Shown: one piece after another, positions 47,485 through 59,400 of the stretch
Position numbering within the stretch: position 1 is the stretch's first letter
How the letters are laid out: each line of letters begins with the position of its first letter
Assembly (NCBI GenBank): GCA_040357565.1
Contig: JBDODJ010000007.1
Strand: one strand, 5' to 3'
DNA from: Cercozoa sp. M6MM
Lineage: Eukaryota > Protista > Endomyxa: Ascetosporea
DNA length: 64,000 nucleotides
The notes under the pieces: generated by a model
The model's database searches: none
What the model saw: only the letters and a program-made list of their open reading frames with translations
What the model was told of the DNA's origin: nothing
Made by a program: the position numbers and the translations under genes

Positions 47485-48975
47485 ATGAGCGAGGAGTTAC
47501 GCTTTCTCGAGGTGCATGTTTTGCCTCGCTGTGCATTTGTTGAGAGTGCTCGTTGTTTCACTCATTTTTTAGGACCTGTCGCGACACGTGCAAGAAGACG
47601 CAGGTCTCGAAGAGATCGCCACCTTGCTGGAGAAGGTGCCATAAACACTGACACTGCGTTATCGAAATGTAACATTGAATTAAATGTCTGCTTGTAGTAC
47701 AATGCACTGCGGAACGGCGCGCTCTTTTTTGACCTGTGTCAGAGGTAGAATGAGGCACTATGTATACATGCACTACGATATAATGGCTTGGCGCAGAATA
47801 GTAGAGGAAGGTGACGATGCCGTTCTCTTGCAGCAGCTGCAGAAACTCTGTGTGCAGGTACCCCCCCCCCACGTGCAAGTATCCCGACGCGTCTGACCCT
47901 TGCAGGTGAGAGACACCGGCACGCTGCTGACGGGTCGTTCTACGACGAGCGGTGACGTAATGCTACGATTCGTGCTGCAGTTTGCGCCGTTGTTGTTGCT
48001 GCTGTCGTTGCATCGTACTCCTCTCTCTCCATTGCATCTCACCGTGCTTGTGACCTTTCCCATTTGGAACAGGAGGTGTGGCCGGACAGGCACGTGTGAC
48101 ATCGCAGACCACATTGCGTGCACTGGCGGTACCTCTCTGCTTCTTTTGTCTGTCTGGCTGTTACAGCGCAAGTTTAGGGAGCGGCCGCCGTAGCACAGGT
48201 AGCTCTTCACTTGCGTACCTTGGTGCCAAGAAGCATGATGAAAAGTAGGAAGCTCAACTCGCTGATGTCGAGGCTCGTGCACACGACATTGATGGTGCTG
48301 CTGTCTTTGTTGTATTCTTCTTTTGCGTAAATGTGTTCGTGTGTGTGTGTGTGTCATAGAGCTGCGTGCCGAGGTTACCAGTGGCGCCAGTGTGCGTACC
48401 AAGCGACTGCTGTACCCATTGCCTCCTGCGACTGTGTAGCACGGTTTCTACGAATGCTGTACAGTGCCACCGATGAACTGTTTCCTGTCGTCCAGGACCC
48501 GAAGGTGCATGGTCTGTGCTCTCAAATTACCTTGGCTTATGATGCTCCTGCAGGCCCCCTTGCGATCGTCTTCATTCCATGTCCGTCCCGCACGGGACAA
48601 CTTGTACGCCGTTCTCACTCTGTTCTTACCTCGTGCTACCCTCTCTTGTTGTATTCACAGGGTGCCTCCATCGGCGCTCGAGGAGGCCGCCGAGCAGCTG
48701 CGCTCGCCAGCCACGCGGCATGCCGACGAGCGCGACCGCATGGTGTCCTCTTGGACGCGTCTGCGTCTGTCCAAACACCTGCACAACAGCGTACCCTCCC
48801 CATGCCTTGGCCGACTCGACTAGTTTCTTCGATGCCTGTGCTCAAACTGCAGGAGGCAGAGCTGCGACTATGCGCCGGTGTGACACTTCGCTTGTGCACA
48901 CTGTTCGCGCGTGCACTGCCGCCACATGCTGCTACCTTGCTGGCCGGTATCTTTGTTTCTGCGTGCATACATATA

Positions 48976-49006
<31 letters not shown>

Positions 49007-50123
49007 GTGTTTATGGGCGTGTGTAGTGTCGATTGGCGCACTGGCGGCAGGGTCGTCTCGGAGGCCGCTGTTGAAGGAGGTACCTTATCGTATGTTAAAT
49101 GTTGCGTACGATATTACATGCCTATGACTTGGCAGCCGGATGAAGAACACCCGGTGGGTGATCGCGGTCACTTCGCGCCGTGCTTTCTGTCGATCACCGA
49201 CGTTACTCTTGAGTTCGACACTGGCGACTCTGTATCTTTTCTTTAACATCAACTGCATAGGAGAATGCTATCTATGACTGAGCTGTGACAGGGCACACCT
49301 TCCTCCTCAACTTCAAGTCAGATGCCGCGTGTGCTGGGCAGTGGGTACACTCGCCTTACTACCTTCAGCATGTGGTTATAGATCCCTCTGCTTGCAGACC
49401 AGCGTGGGTGCACATGAGTTCGCAGGAACGCCGATGCGTCGTCCTGCTGCACGAGATGCACCAAGGCAAGGAAGGCCGCGGTGTGTTCTGTTGTATTGTG
49501 CCTTGTCATTGAAGGCTTCACCTCTTTTGTTGCACGAACAAAGTCGCCACGGGTGAGTACTTGCTCGCGGATGAGTTTCTGCTGCACTGCATGCCACGCG
49601 CGCTCATGCAGACACTGTACCTCTACCCTTTTTACGATATGCTTTCAAACTCTAATTCTATCTGCATTCACATAGTGCCAGGAAGGAAAGTCGTGAGGTG
49701 TCGCTGCATGCACTGGCCGCGCTGCACGAGCGAGCACTCGCCGATTCGCATGCGGCCTTGCAATTGGAAACGCAGGTACTGATTCGCCAAATAGCCGAGC
49801 AGTTCTGGTATGTTGCTGCTTGGTTGTAAGCTGCGCAGGCACTCATGGATTACCTGGCGTCCGACGACGCGAGGGAACTGCTTTCGCTTTGATCGCCTTC
49901 GGTGCTCAACAAGTTTGTACTGTTCAAGTACCGTACAAGACAGAAGTTGTACTATCAAGACGTACAACGCAAGCAATTGGTAGCTGCCCTGCCAGTGTCG
50001 CTCCGACATGACGTCGACTCGACTGTAGCGTCGGCGCCGGCAGATGCGCATCGACCTCATGATCGACCTCATATCACGCTGAGTAGATCCATCAGACGCG
50101 GATCGGCTCAAACCAATCAGTAA
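47485..50123 (+). CDS. Hyccin/FAM126-like protein (PI4KIIIalpha complex subunit)
   Basis: SGDVMLRFVLQFAPLLL resembles hyccin SGEEQLLQFTLQFLPELI; LADEFLLHCM resembles VSSGFMVQML; SLHALAALHERALADSHAALQLETQALMDYL resembles the hyccin C-terminal [24 protein letters not shown]. The motifs are in the expected order. Confidence 0.55.
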
Positions 50124-50233
50124 ATTTCACTCTAGCTGAACACTAGTTCGCCGTTCGTGCCGTGCACGGGACAAACTCGCCAGAGCGTGCTACAATAGTC
50201 GAGTCGGCCACTGGAAAATGCGCGGCAAGGCGC

Positions 50234-53200
50234 CTAGTCGCGACGACCGACTGCACGCACACACAAAACACACATACACACGTGCACAACATCAAACACA
50301 GCAGAGAGGGCATCGCAGTACAGTTGTCGAAGAAGTTGGCAATGCCCGAGTCCGGGTGCTTGGAGGCGTAGTGCGACGCGCCAAAGAAGCCAATGGCACC
50401 GAGCGCAAGCACACCGAAACCACCGGCCACAACGCCTGCAGCACCACAAAGGGAATCAAGCGCGCGTGTGTGTACGTGTACGTGTGTGTGGGGGGTCAAA
50501 ACAAAGGGTGGAGGTACCGAGCACGGCTTTGAAGTTGCTGTTGACGACGATCTGGCCCTTCTGCGAGCGGTTGGAGAAGTTGTTGTTGCGCGTCGAGGCG
50601 TAGTAGTACTCGCCCGTCTTGTGGTTGTCGACCTTGAGGAACATCTCGAACACGGCAGGACGCTGGTTCAGCTTGCCGCAGTTCCAGTACGGGAACTCCT
50701 CTGCGGCGTCGTTGCTGGCACGCGACAGGTCGAGACACTTGTACTGCTCCATGATGCTCGGGTTGTTGCTCAGCGCCGCCTTGATCTGGCCGATGTTGTT
50801 GTTGGTGATGGCGTTCTGCAGCTCCTGCGGCATGTCCTCGAACATGAGCTCCTCGCCCAGGTCGGCGTGCGGATCGCGCGAGCCAAAGGCCGCCATCTGC
50901 GCGTCCTTGAGCTCCGGGAAGAGCGTCGAGTCCGACAGCTTCACCGGGATGTTGCCCAGAAGGTCCTGTACACACAAACACACGGGTGCTTGGTGATAGG
51001 GTAAGAAGAAAAGAGGCATGGGAAGGGAAGGAAGGGTAAGGCACCTGCAGCTGCAGGATGTTCTGCGCGTCCGAGTAGCGGAAGCCGGCGGCGTTGTTGC
51101 GGCCGTTGTTCTGGTTGAACATCTTGTTGGAGAAGTGGATGTGGATGCACTCGTCCTGACCGACGTAGAGAGGGTTCGGCGTGAAGTCGTACTCCACGGA
51201 CGGGTAGGCCTGCACAATGTTGCCACGACGACCACGGCACGAGAGCGACCACAGCTTGCCGCTGCGGCACTTCTTGTCGGCCTTGTTGCGCGACTTGACC
51301 TGGAAGATGTGCGAGCGATCCTGGAAGACGCGGCCAATCTGCACAGGCGGAAGGAGCAGGTGGAGGGTACCAAAAAAGGGTATCAAAGGGCAGGATTGAG
51401 GCAAAAGGGATGGTGCAGGGACGAGCCTACCTGGTTCGTGTTGAGAGCGACCGAGATGCGCGGCAGCGAGTCGTCGACGCGCACGTACGGGTCCTGGTAC
51501 ACGGGACAGTTGGGCTCGCCACCCTTGCAGTTCTTGGACTTGTCCCAGATGAAGGCCTCGTCCTCCTTGCCCTTGATCGGGATGTGCGCCTTGTGCGGCA
51601 CGTCGCCCGTCGTGATGTTGTATCGGATGCGCAGGATGCAGTTCTTGTCGGCCATGTCCTCCGGCACCTCCCACCAGTAGCCTGAGCGACAACACCAGGG
51701 GGTGAGGGGCTAAACGACCAGACAAAGCTGGAGAGAGAACGAGGAAGCCTGTACCAGCTGTGGCAGGCGGGCCCTGATCGTCAATGTCCTCGGCCTTGCC
51801 GTTGACGTCGACGAAGAAGGCGTTGCCGAGGTGGTTGTCACGCGACAGCGGGTGCACCATACAGTCCGGCTCGTCGAGACCGAAGGACTCCTCCGGCAGC
51901 CAGAAGCCCTCGATGGCCGTGCACTCCTCCTTCGTGATCGGCATCACTGAAATACAGGGGAGGAGGGGTAGGTAGAGAACAACAGACACAGAGGGGGAGG
52001 GATGAGGAGTCGTACCATAGGCACCGTCGTAGTTGGTGCCCTGGTTGGTGCCGCGCAGCTTCTGCGCCATGCGCAAACGGCACTCCTTGGAGGCCTCGGA
52101 GAAGTCGTCGCCGTTCTCGTCGCACGAGCAGCGGTAGCGCGACTTGACGTTCTGCGACTCCTTGACGTAGTAGTCGCACTCCTCAATGTGGCCCGGCATG
52201 ATGACAATGTCGCGCCACGGCGAGCCGCGCCAGTACGGGTAGTAGTCACGCTCCTCCGGGCACTCGAACGCATGGCGGTTGCCGTTGTTGTTCTGCCGCG
52301 TGTAGACGGCGGCGTAGTCGCGGCGCGACCGGTCGGCCCACCAAAGACCGAGGTTGCGCTGCGTGTGCGAGCAGCGGAAGTAGTGCTCGTAGCTCTCGTG
52401 CACGCCGTACTCGATGCCGCAGCGCACCAGCGTGCACTCGTTCGACACAGTGTTGCGGCACTCCTCCACCATGGCCGGCGTGGCCGAGTAGAAGTACTGG
52501 TGCAACGCGTCTAGCGGGTCCGTGAAGTCGCCGTTGGTCAGACCGCAGTCGGCCAGCACGGTCGCCGTGTTCTCCGAGTTGCGCGAGTTCGTCTATGTGT
52601 CACAAGCAAGAGATGCGGGGGAGGTAAAAGTATCAGGCGATGCACAGGGAGCTACCTTGGTGTCAGTGCGACCGTCGTTGTCGTTCTTGGTGGCGTAGCG
52701 GATTCGCTGCGTGCCGTCGCGGTCGTTGTTGAACTGGAACTGACGGTACTGGTACTCGGGGTACGTGTCGTCAAAGTTGGCCATATCGCCAGTCGGGTAG
52801 CCGTCGCGGATCTGCGGGTTCTCCGCGTCGCACATGTACTGCACGATGATGTCACAGTACGTGTTTGAGTGCGGGCCGCAGCCATGCTGGTTGGTCCACT
52901 CGAGCCAAACCTAATCACATACCATGGTACCATGGATGTGCACAAAGGAAGCAAAGCAAGTTAAGAGACAACACACCCGCTCACCGACGTAGAACGTGTC
53001 AAGCGGACCCGAAGTACCGGCCGGCGTGGACTCGCCGGGTTCACCAGCCCAGCCGTAGCCACCGGCGCCGTTGTTCTGCGAGTCGAACAGACGGTTGGCG
53101 TTGTCGCGGTTCTGCGACTGTTCGCGGTTGCGGTTGTTGCTGCCTGGAGGGTAGTGCAGGTAGTTGTCGCCCAAAACAGGCGCCACGAGGCCCGAAAGGA

Positions 53201-53234
53201 CCGCCATGGCCACGCAGGCTGCCGAGAATCGCAT
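50234..53234 (-). CDS. DD3-3 family type-I membrane protein (signal peptide, Cys-rich ectodomain, C-terminal TM)
   Basis: DNYLHYPPGSNNRNRE...NANRLFDSQNNGAGGY, EWTNQHGCG, ECPEERDYYPYW, SRDNHLGN, RGNIVQAYPSVEYDFTP, STRNNNFSNRSQKG. Confidence 0.9.
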
Positions 53235-54072
53235 CACCGGCTGCACAAAAACAAGAAAAAATCATTAGTTACCAAGAAAAAAGCAGCGGGCCAAAAAAGC
53301 ACCAACAAGAATAAAACTGGGAGAGGAAAACGCTCAAGGACACAGCTTGCACCATTCATTTTGAGATACAGCGGGCAACCTTGCACCCAGGCAAAGTGAA
53401 TTCCAGCAGAATCCACGTGACAAACAAGCACGAAACTCGTGCGATCAACGAAAACTTCACAACACAAATGCGCCCCACAGGAACAACCTAGAGCACTATG
53501 CACTTGGTACCAGAGCGTGTGTCAGACAAACTATACAAAGGCTCGTTGCGGCAGCGAAAATTTGAAGTCAGCTGACGACACAAAGCGTGTGCAGAGTCAG
53601 ATCAATCGAAATCGCGTGTCTGATTAAAACGGCAGTGGCGAGCCACCCACGACTGCACTGGGCTGCTTTACGATTGTACTGCACAGTGATGACCAGATCG
53701 CCCTACGTACGGCTCTTGGGTGGTTATAGCAAAATCGTGCGTTCAAGGTGATACGTGACAGTTGCAAGTGACCACTGCTCCTTTTGTTGTTTTTTCTGAC
53801 TGGTGATCAACTGCCAGAAAGATCGACGTTCGAAAGACGTTACTTTCGTGATCGCGCGCGTGGTGGGGTCGAACCCCGAGCTGTGCGCTTCTAGCGTGCG
53901 GCAAAAGTTAGATAGTTCAGTCTTCTAAGGCCACTGTTCAGTAGTTGACCTCAGCTGACCGACTTCGCAGTTGTTAAGCCGAAGATTGATCACTTTAGTG
54001 GAGACTACCGGTGCGGCAGCTGGTGGGGCGCACTCAACAATCGGCACTCCAACTGGCGCGGCAGCAACGCTT

Positions 54073-55838
54073 TTACTGGGTCGCTTGCGAGTAGCTGCGT
54101 GCCTCGACGGCGAACTCACGACGCACTTGATCGCCAACAAGCCCGTGCATTTCATTGAACAGGTTAACGGTGGGGTCGCAACTGCAAGCAAGCAACACAG
54201 TTCAGCTCAACAATCGAGAACTGTAGGTTCAGTTGGTACTGGCCAGGAACAAGAAGCAGACGGTCGCCGGCATTGATGCTTCGCAGAATGGCCTTCGCCT
54301 CCTCAGAGGCAGCAGACACAAGGCCGTGCTCGTCACCGCCATCTGTGTCCCACACAGGCATACTTAATAACAGCACGTGTCTCAGCGAAGAGAAAGGCAC
54401 TCTTGTAGACGAGATCGGGCGTGTGGATCGCCTTAATTGCTGCCTCCGATAGCTCCTACGTCAGTCACACTTGAGGTGTTCACAATACGGCAACAGAAGC
54501 ACGGCATACCAATCCACAGAGACCGTTCTTTTGGAGCACTGCGGGAGCGCCGCTGTCCATCGAGCACGCCTTTGTACCGGCATCCACCACGACCTACAAC
54601 AACGTGTGAAAGCACGGGACAGTGCCAGGACCAGCGATACCCAGGGATTTTCGGCTTCGCGATTGGCCACGGAAATCACTGTCGTCAGCACAAAGAGCGA
54701 CGGCACAAAGCGACGCACGTAGGAACCGTCTTCTTGCTGGTTCCGTAAGTAATCGCAGTCCATGAAGAGATAGGATCCCTGAAACAAAAAACACGTATCG
54801 CGATGGCTCAGGGTCTGCAATACACAGGCAGGTGGTAAATACCGGCTGTAGCTCGGTGTGCACATTCTCCTTGAGCTCGTCAACAAGACTGCCGGTACCA
54901 ACACCAGTGACAAGCTCAGGCACGGGCAAACCTGCCTCGCGCAGGCCCGTATGTGTCTCTCGCACGTACTGCGCCACCTGTGAGGCGATTGCCCGACGCT
55001 GGGACGGCGTGCGAACATGCTGCACCCACCCGTGGTAGGCTTGCAGGCCACCGAAACTGCCAACACAGTCACCCATGATACTTACATAAATGAATGTAGG
55101 CAGATGAGGTACGTGAAGCAAGGGTGTCGCAGGATCTCTTGCACCAGCGGCACCACAGCTGCACCAGGCATCACACCGCAGCGGTGCTGGCCAACTACAC
55201 GCACACATCACACTATACGCAAGTAAAACAACACCTTACACGTCGCAGGTACCATCGATTTCGACAAGCAGCGTGAGTGGACAGTCACCCAGCAAACCCG
55301 CCAGACGTTGCACTGAGAAATCATTATGTCACAATATTCTACAAAGACATGACATGCATAGAATTACCTTCCTCGATGTTGTCGACGCACACGGAGAACT
55401 TTGCATTCTTCTCTCGCGCCAATTTCGCCAGCGAGACCAAGTACTCGGACTGCGCTTGTCCTGCGACCTCGTTGGCCAAGAGCACGTCGGGGATGTCGTT
55501 GCGCAACATTATTTCGCACTCTTGTAGCGTGGCACAACAAACACCCACGGCTCCATCCTCAACTTGCAATTGAGCAATTTCGGCACACTGTCGCGCAGCG
55601 TTTCAGGATTCAATGCAAAAATCTGGGCACGTCAAGTGTTACCTTATGTGCTTTTGAGTGCGGGCGAATTTGCTTGCCAAACTCAGCTGCGATCTCCTTC
55701 AGCTTGCGTCGGTTCAGCGCAGCGCTATCTATGCAGGGCAAATGGTGCTGCAAGCAAGCGAGTAGACATTGTACGGCACAAAATAAACTGACCCAAGTCA
55801 AGCACAAGAGACGGAGTCTGCAATGATGCAATAAACAT
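54073..55838 (-). CDS. DSD1 / D-threonine aldolase family fold-type III PLP enzyme
   Basis: TPSLVLDL, RPHSKAHK (PLP lysine), GVCCATLQE, LQAYHGWVQH, GVGTGS, ELQPGSYLFMD, DEHG, LVPGHCDPTVNL. Confidence 0.9.
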
Positions 55839-56453
55839 GGCTTGTGTCCGCAGAAAACACGATTTTAAGTCTGTTGAAGTGCGTAGGGAGCGCAGGCGAT
55901 ACATCTCGGTCTGAGTTTTGCTGCCGCTATGCTGTTCATTATTGTAAAAACTATTGCTGGTTGAAAAACGATGCTTGTACATAACAAGCCTGTTCGTGGA
56001 TGTTTTAATGATCAGAAAAAGATACAAGCACGCATGCGTGCATGGGATGGTTACAACGAAGACGTGCTGTTTTCTTTGTCGCCCGTTTCAGCAAACCGTC
56101 AAAAGACAGAGCTTTTTCTGCAGGCATTTTGACAGTGTCTCGCCGTGAGAAGCACGGTCCTGTGCAGTGCGCTTGATACTGTACGCCACTTACGCTAAGT
56201 TGGCTGCACAGTAGCTACAACAGACGCGTGCTTCACCAGTGTCACTGACGGAGCGATCAGTGCTGACACGCGCTGGGACAACATCAATCAGTCAGAACAG
56301 GTGACCTTGGTCGGTCGTTGTCCTTTTCCTTGCCGCACTGTGCACACGCTCGAACGTGCACAAGCACTAGTGTGACACATAGCGTCTCGGCCTGATTCCA
56401 TCATCCTTGGCTCCTAAGCGCGAGTCACTGATTTTGGTGGCTGGTCGCCGAAA

Positions 56454-59400
56454 AGTAGGGACTGCTTTGTATGGATGTGCGCTTCAGCTACCATGGAATC
56501 GCATTTTTTTGGTCGCAGTGAGCTACACACCGATCAGCACGACGGTGGTGGCGAAATACCGCGCCAACTATGACTTCGATGCTGCCGGGCAGCCCGACTG
56601 CATTTCTGTTAGCGTGGGCGCCGAGGTCCTCGTCACCAATGTCGGTGTGTGCCCTGTCTTTGTGCTGATACTCAACCAGAATGATTGCTTGTTGATATAG
56701 GTGACGACGGTTGGCTAGAAGCCGTCGTTGAAGAGTACGGCCACCTCAAGTACGGCCTCGTCCCGGAAAGCTACTGCGAGCTTGTTCAGAGCAATGTCAA
56801 TCTGCCGGTACTCCTGTGTTGCCAGGGTATGTGTGGTTGTAACGCGACCCTTGCAGGTGGAAGAGCTGATGTACTCTGCCGCCGCTGAAATGTCGGCGCC
56901 CATGTCGATCGAACAGCCGAGTGGGCAGGTATGTCTGTGTCTGTGTGTGTGTGTGTGTGTGTCTGTGTGTGTATCTGTGTGTATCTGTGTCTGTTTGGTT
57001 TATGTCTGGTCCACTCAGGGCGCTCTGACCTCACAGTCGGGCCCTATCGTTCGCGAACGCTCTGGGCAGGCGCAGGAGCAGCTGAACGAGTCGTCGCGCC
57101 AGGCACTGCTGCGACGCTCGAAGAATGTCAACCGTTACGGTACCCGGTCTCTGAGCTGTCCTTGTCGTATAAAACCCCTCAATGTAGTGCCCAAGAACAG
57201 TGCCACGCGAGTCGGCATCTGGGCCTCTAACATGTCGCGTCTGACGGCGTGGTGCGGCATCATGCTGGGCGCCGTGGCTGCCGAGTTGTCGCTTGAGGAC
57301 GCTCAGGACAAGGGGGTCACCAATGCCGTAGCAAGCCCTCTAGCCTGACTCTTTTATGTCTCTTTTGGATACCTGTACCACGTTGCTGCAGAGTATTGGT
57401 CTCACTTCGACCGTGATCGGTATCCTAGTGCTGCTGTTCGAGAACACGCACGGACAGTACCGCTCGCCCACGCGCACACCCGTCCGTGCACTGGTATGTC
57501 CTAGCTGTGCCTGTACGCTTTCACTATACACACATGCATATGTGTATGTTGCCAGGTATACCTGCTGCTGGCGATCCCGCACGCGTTCACGACGCCGACG
57601 CTGCTGGTGGGCGCCTTCTACGTGCTGGCGTCGTTCGTGCACATGATGTCGGCCCTGATGGGCGAGACCTTTGAGCCTCCTCCACGACAACGTCGTCGGT
57701 AGGCGCCTCTGAGTGTAGTCTCGGCGTGTGTGTGTATCAATGAGGTACATGTGCAGGGCCAACGGAGCTGCCTCACGTGGCATGTGCTACTGTCTCACGG
57801 GTGACTACCGTCGCTCGCTCAAGGAGAGCGGTCGTCTGGGCGAAGTGATCTTCCTGATCTTCTTCTTCGTGGCACAGGGCCTCGCCATCACGTTCTACAT
57901 GATTCACTGGTTCCACCTCAACGCCGACCAGCCCGACCGCCGACAGCTGCACCCGCTGGCGCCGATTGCCAAGGTAAGAGATTTCCCCTGGGTTGCGACC
58001 TCTGTCTGTACCCTCTGTCTGTACGGTGTTTGGGGCGGCACAGGGCTTTGGTATCTCGCTCGACATCAACTGCGCCGTGATCCTGCTACCGGTGCTGCGC
58101 ACGATGCTCCGCGTGACGATTAACCGCTCCACGCGCGACCAGGGCTGCTGCAGCAAGTGCCTGCGCTGCATCATGTACTTCATCCCGCTGGACAAGGCGC
58201 TGCACTTCCACAAGCTGTGCGGCGTGCTCATCGCCATCGGCGCCGTCGGCCACACGCTCGTGCACTTCGTGGGTACCTCTGTCCTCATTTACCTGTCCAT
58301 CTGTACTATGTGCAAGTGTACCTGTCTATATGTGCATGTATGTGTGGTGTGTGTGTGACAGGCTACGGCTACTCGCCGGAGAACTCGCTGAACAAGTTCG
58401 GCGCCGAGTCGTACTTCACGGGCGCCGCCATCTGTGCCGTTATGCTCATGATGTATGGCGCCTCCTTTCACAACATCCGACGCGGCCAGTTCGAGGTAGG
58501 CGCAACCTATATTTTGATATTATATACATACATAATCTGTTATGTCTATGTTAGATTTTCTGGTACACGCACCACCTGTTCATCGCGTTCTACATTCTGC
58601 TCTTCATCCACGGCAAGAACTTCTGGTAAGGACACATGCACACGTTCACATTGAAAGGAAGGAAGCACGAGGTGTGTGAGTGCGCAGGAACCCTAACGTG
58701 TGGAAGGCGATTTCGGGCCCGCTGTTCCTGTACGTGTGCGAGCGCATTCTGCGCAAATGGAAGGGTTCGCAGCCTGCCGTCGTGCTGTCGGTCACGCACA
58801 TGTCGGTACAGCAGGCAACTGGGTGTGGGACGAAGCGGGTCTCATCTTGTACACATAGGGCAATGGTGTCTTCTGCGTCGAGTTCGCCAAGGAGGGCGTG
58901 TTTGCCACGCGCGATGGTCGCGAGCCCTACAAGGAGGGTCAGTACATGTTCATCAACTGGTACTTTCCCCTGTGAGTCTAGGGCCATGTGCATCCCATTG
59001 TATCCCACCCCTTGTTCAGTCCGTACGTGTCGGAGCACCAGTGGCACCCGTTCACGATCAGTTCGGCGCCCGGTGAGGACAGCGTGACACTGCACATTCG
59101 TGTCATGAAGGAGGGCAGGTACTTTCACCTCCGTATTCCTCCCATGCGCTGTTGTTATTCTCATGTATTTGTCCTTCTGTGTTTATCCTTCTGGACCGAC
59201 AGTTGGACGGCGCAGGTCGAGGACTTCTTCCGCCTGATGGGTCCCATCGACGCCACCACACTTGAATTGAAGCGACACACCAAAGACGGTACAGCAGCCT
59301 GTCTCTGCCTGTGTGTGTGTGTGTGTGTGCATACATATGTATTGCCGTGTGGGCATCACAGGACTGCTGCCGGGCCAGATCACGGGTCCCGACGGTCGTC

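Noticed and set aside
48160-48200. Apparent in-frame TAG (and a TGA near 24688) suggesting stop-codon reassignment
   Set aside because: Alternative canonical splice sites remove them, and TAA, TAG and TGA all terminate conserved genes in this window.
53855-53890. GGGGTCGAACCCC hairpin resembling a tRNA T-arm (minus strand GGTTCGA)
   Set aside because: No compatible acceptor, D or anticodon stems could be built.
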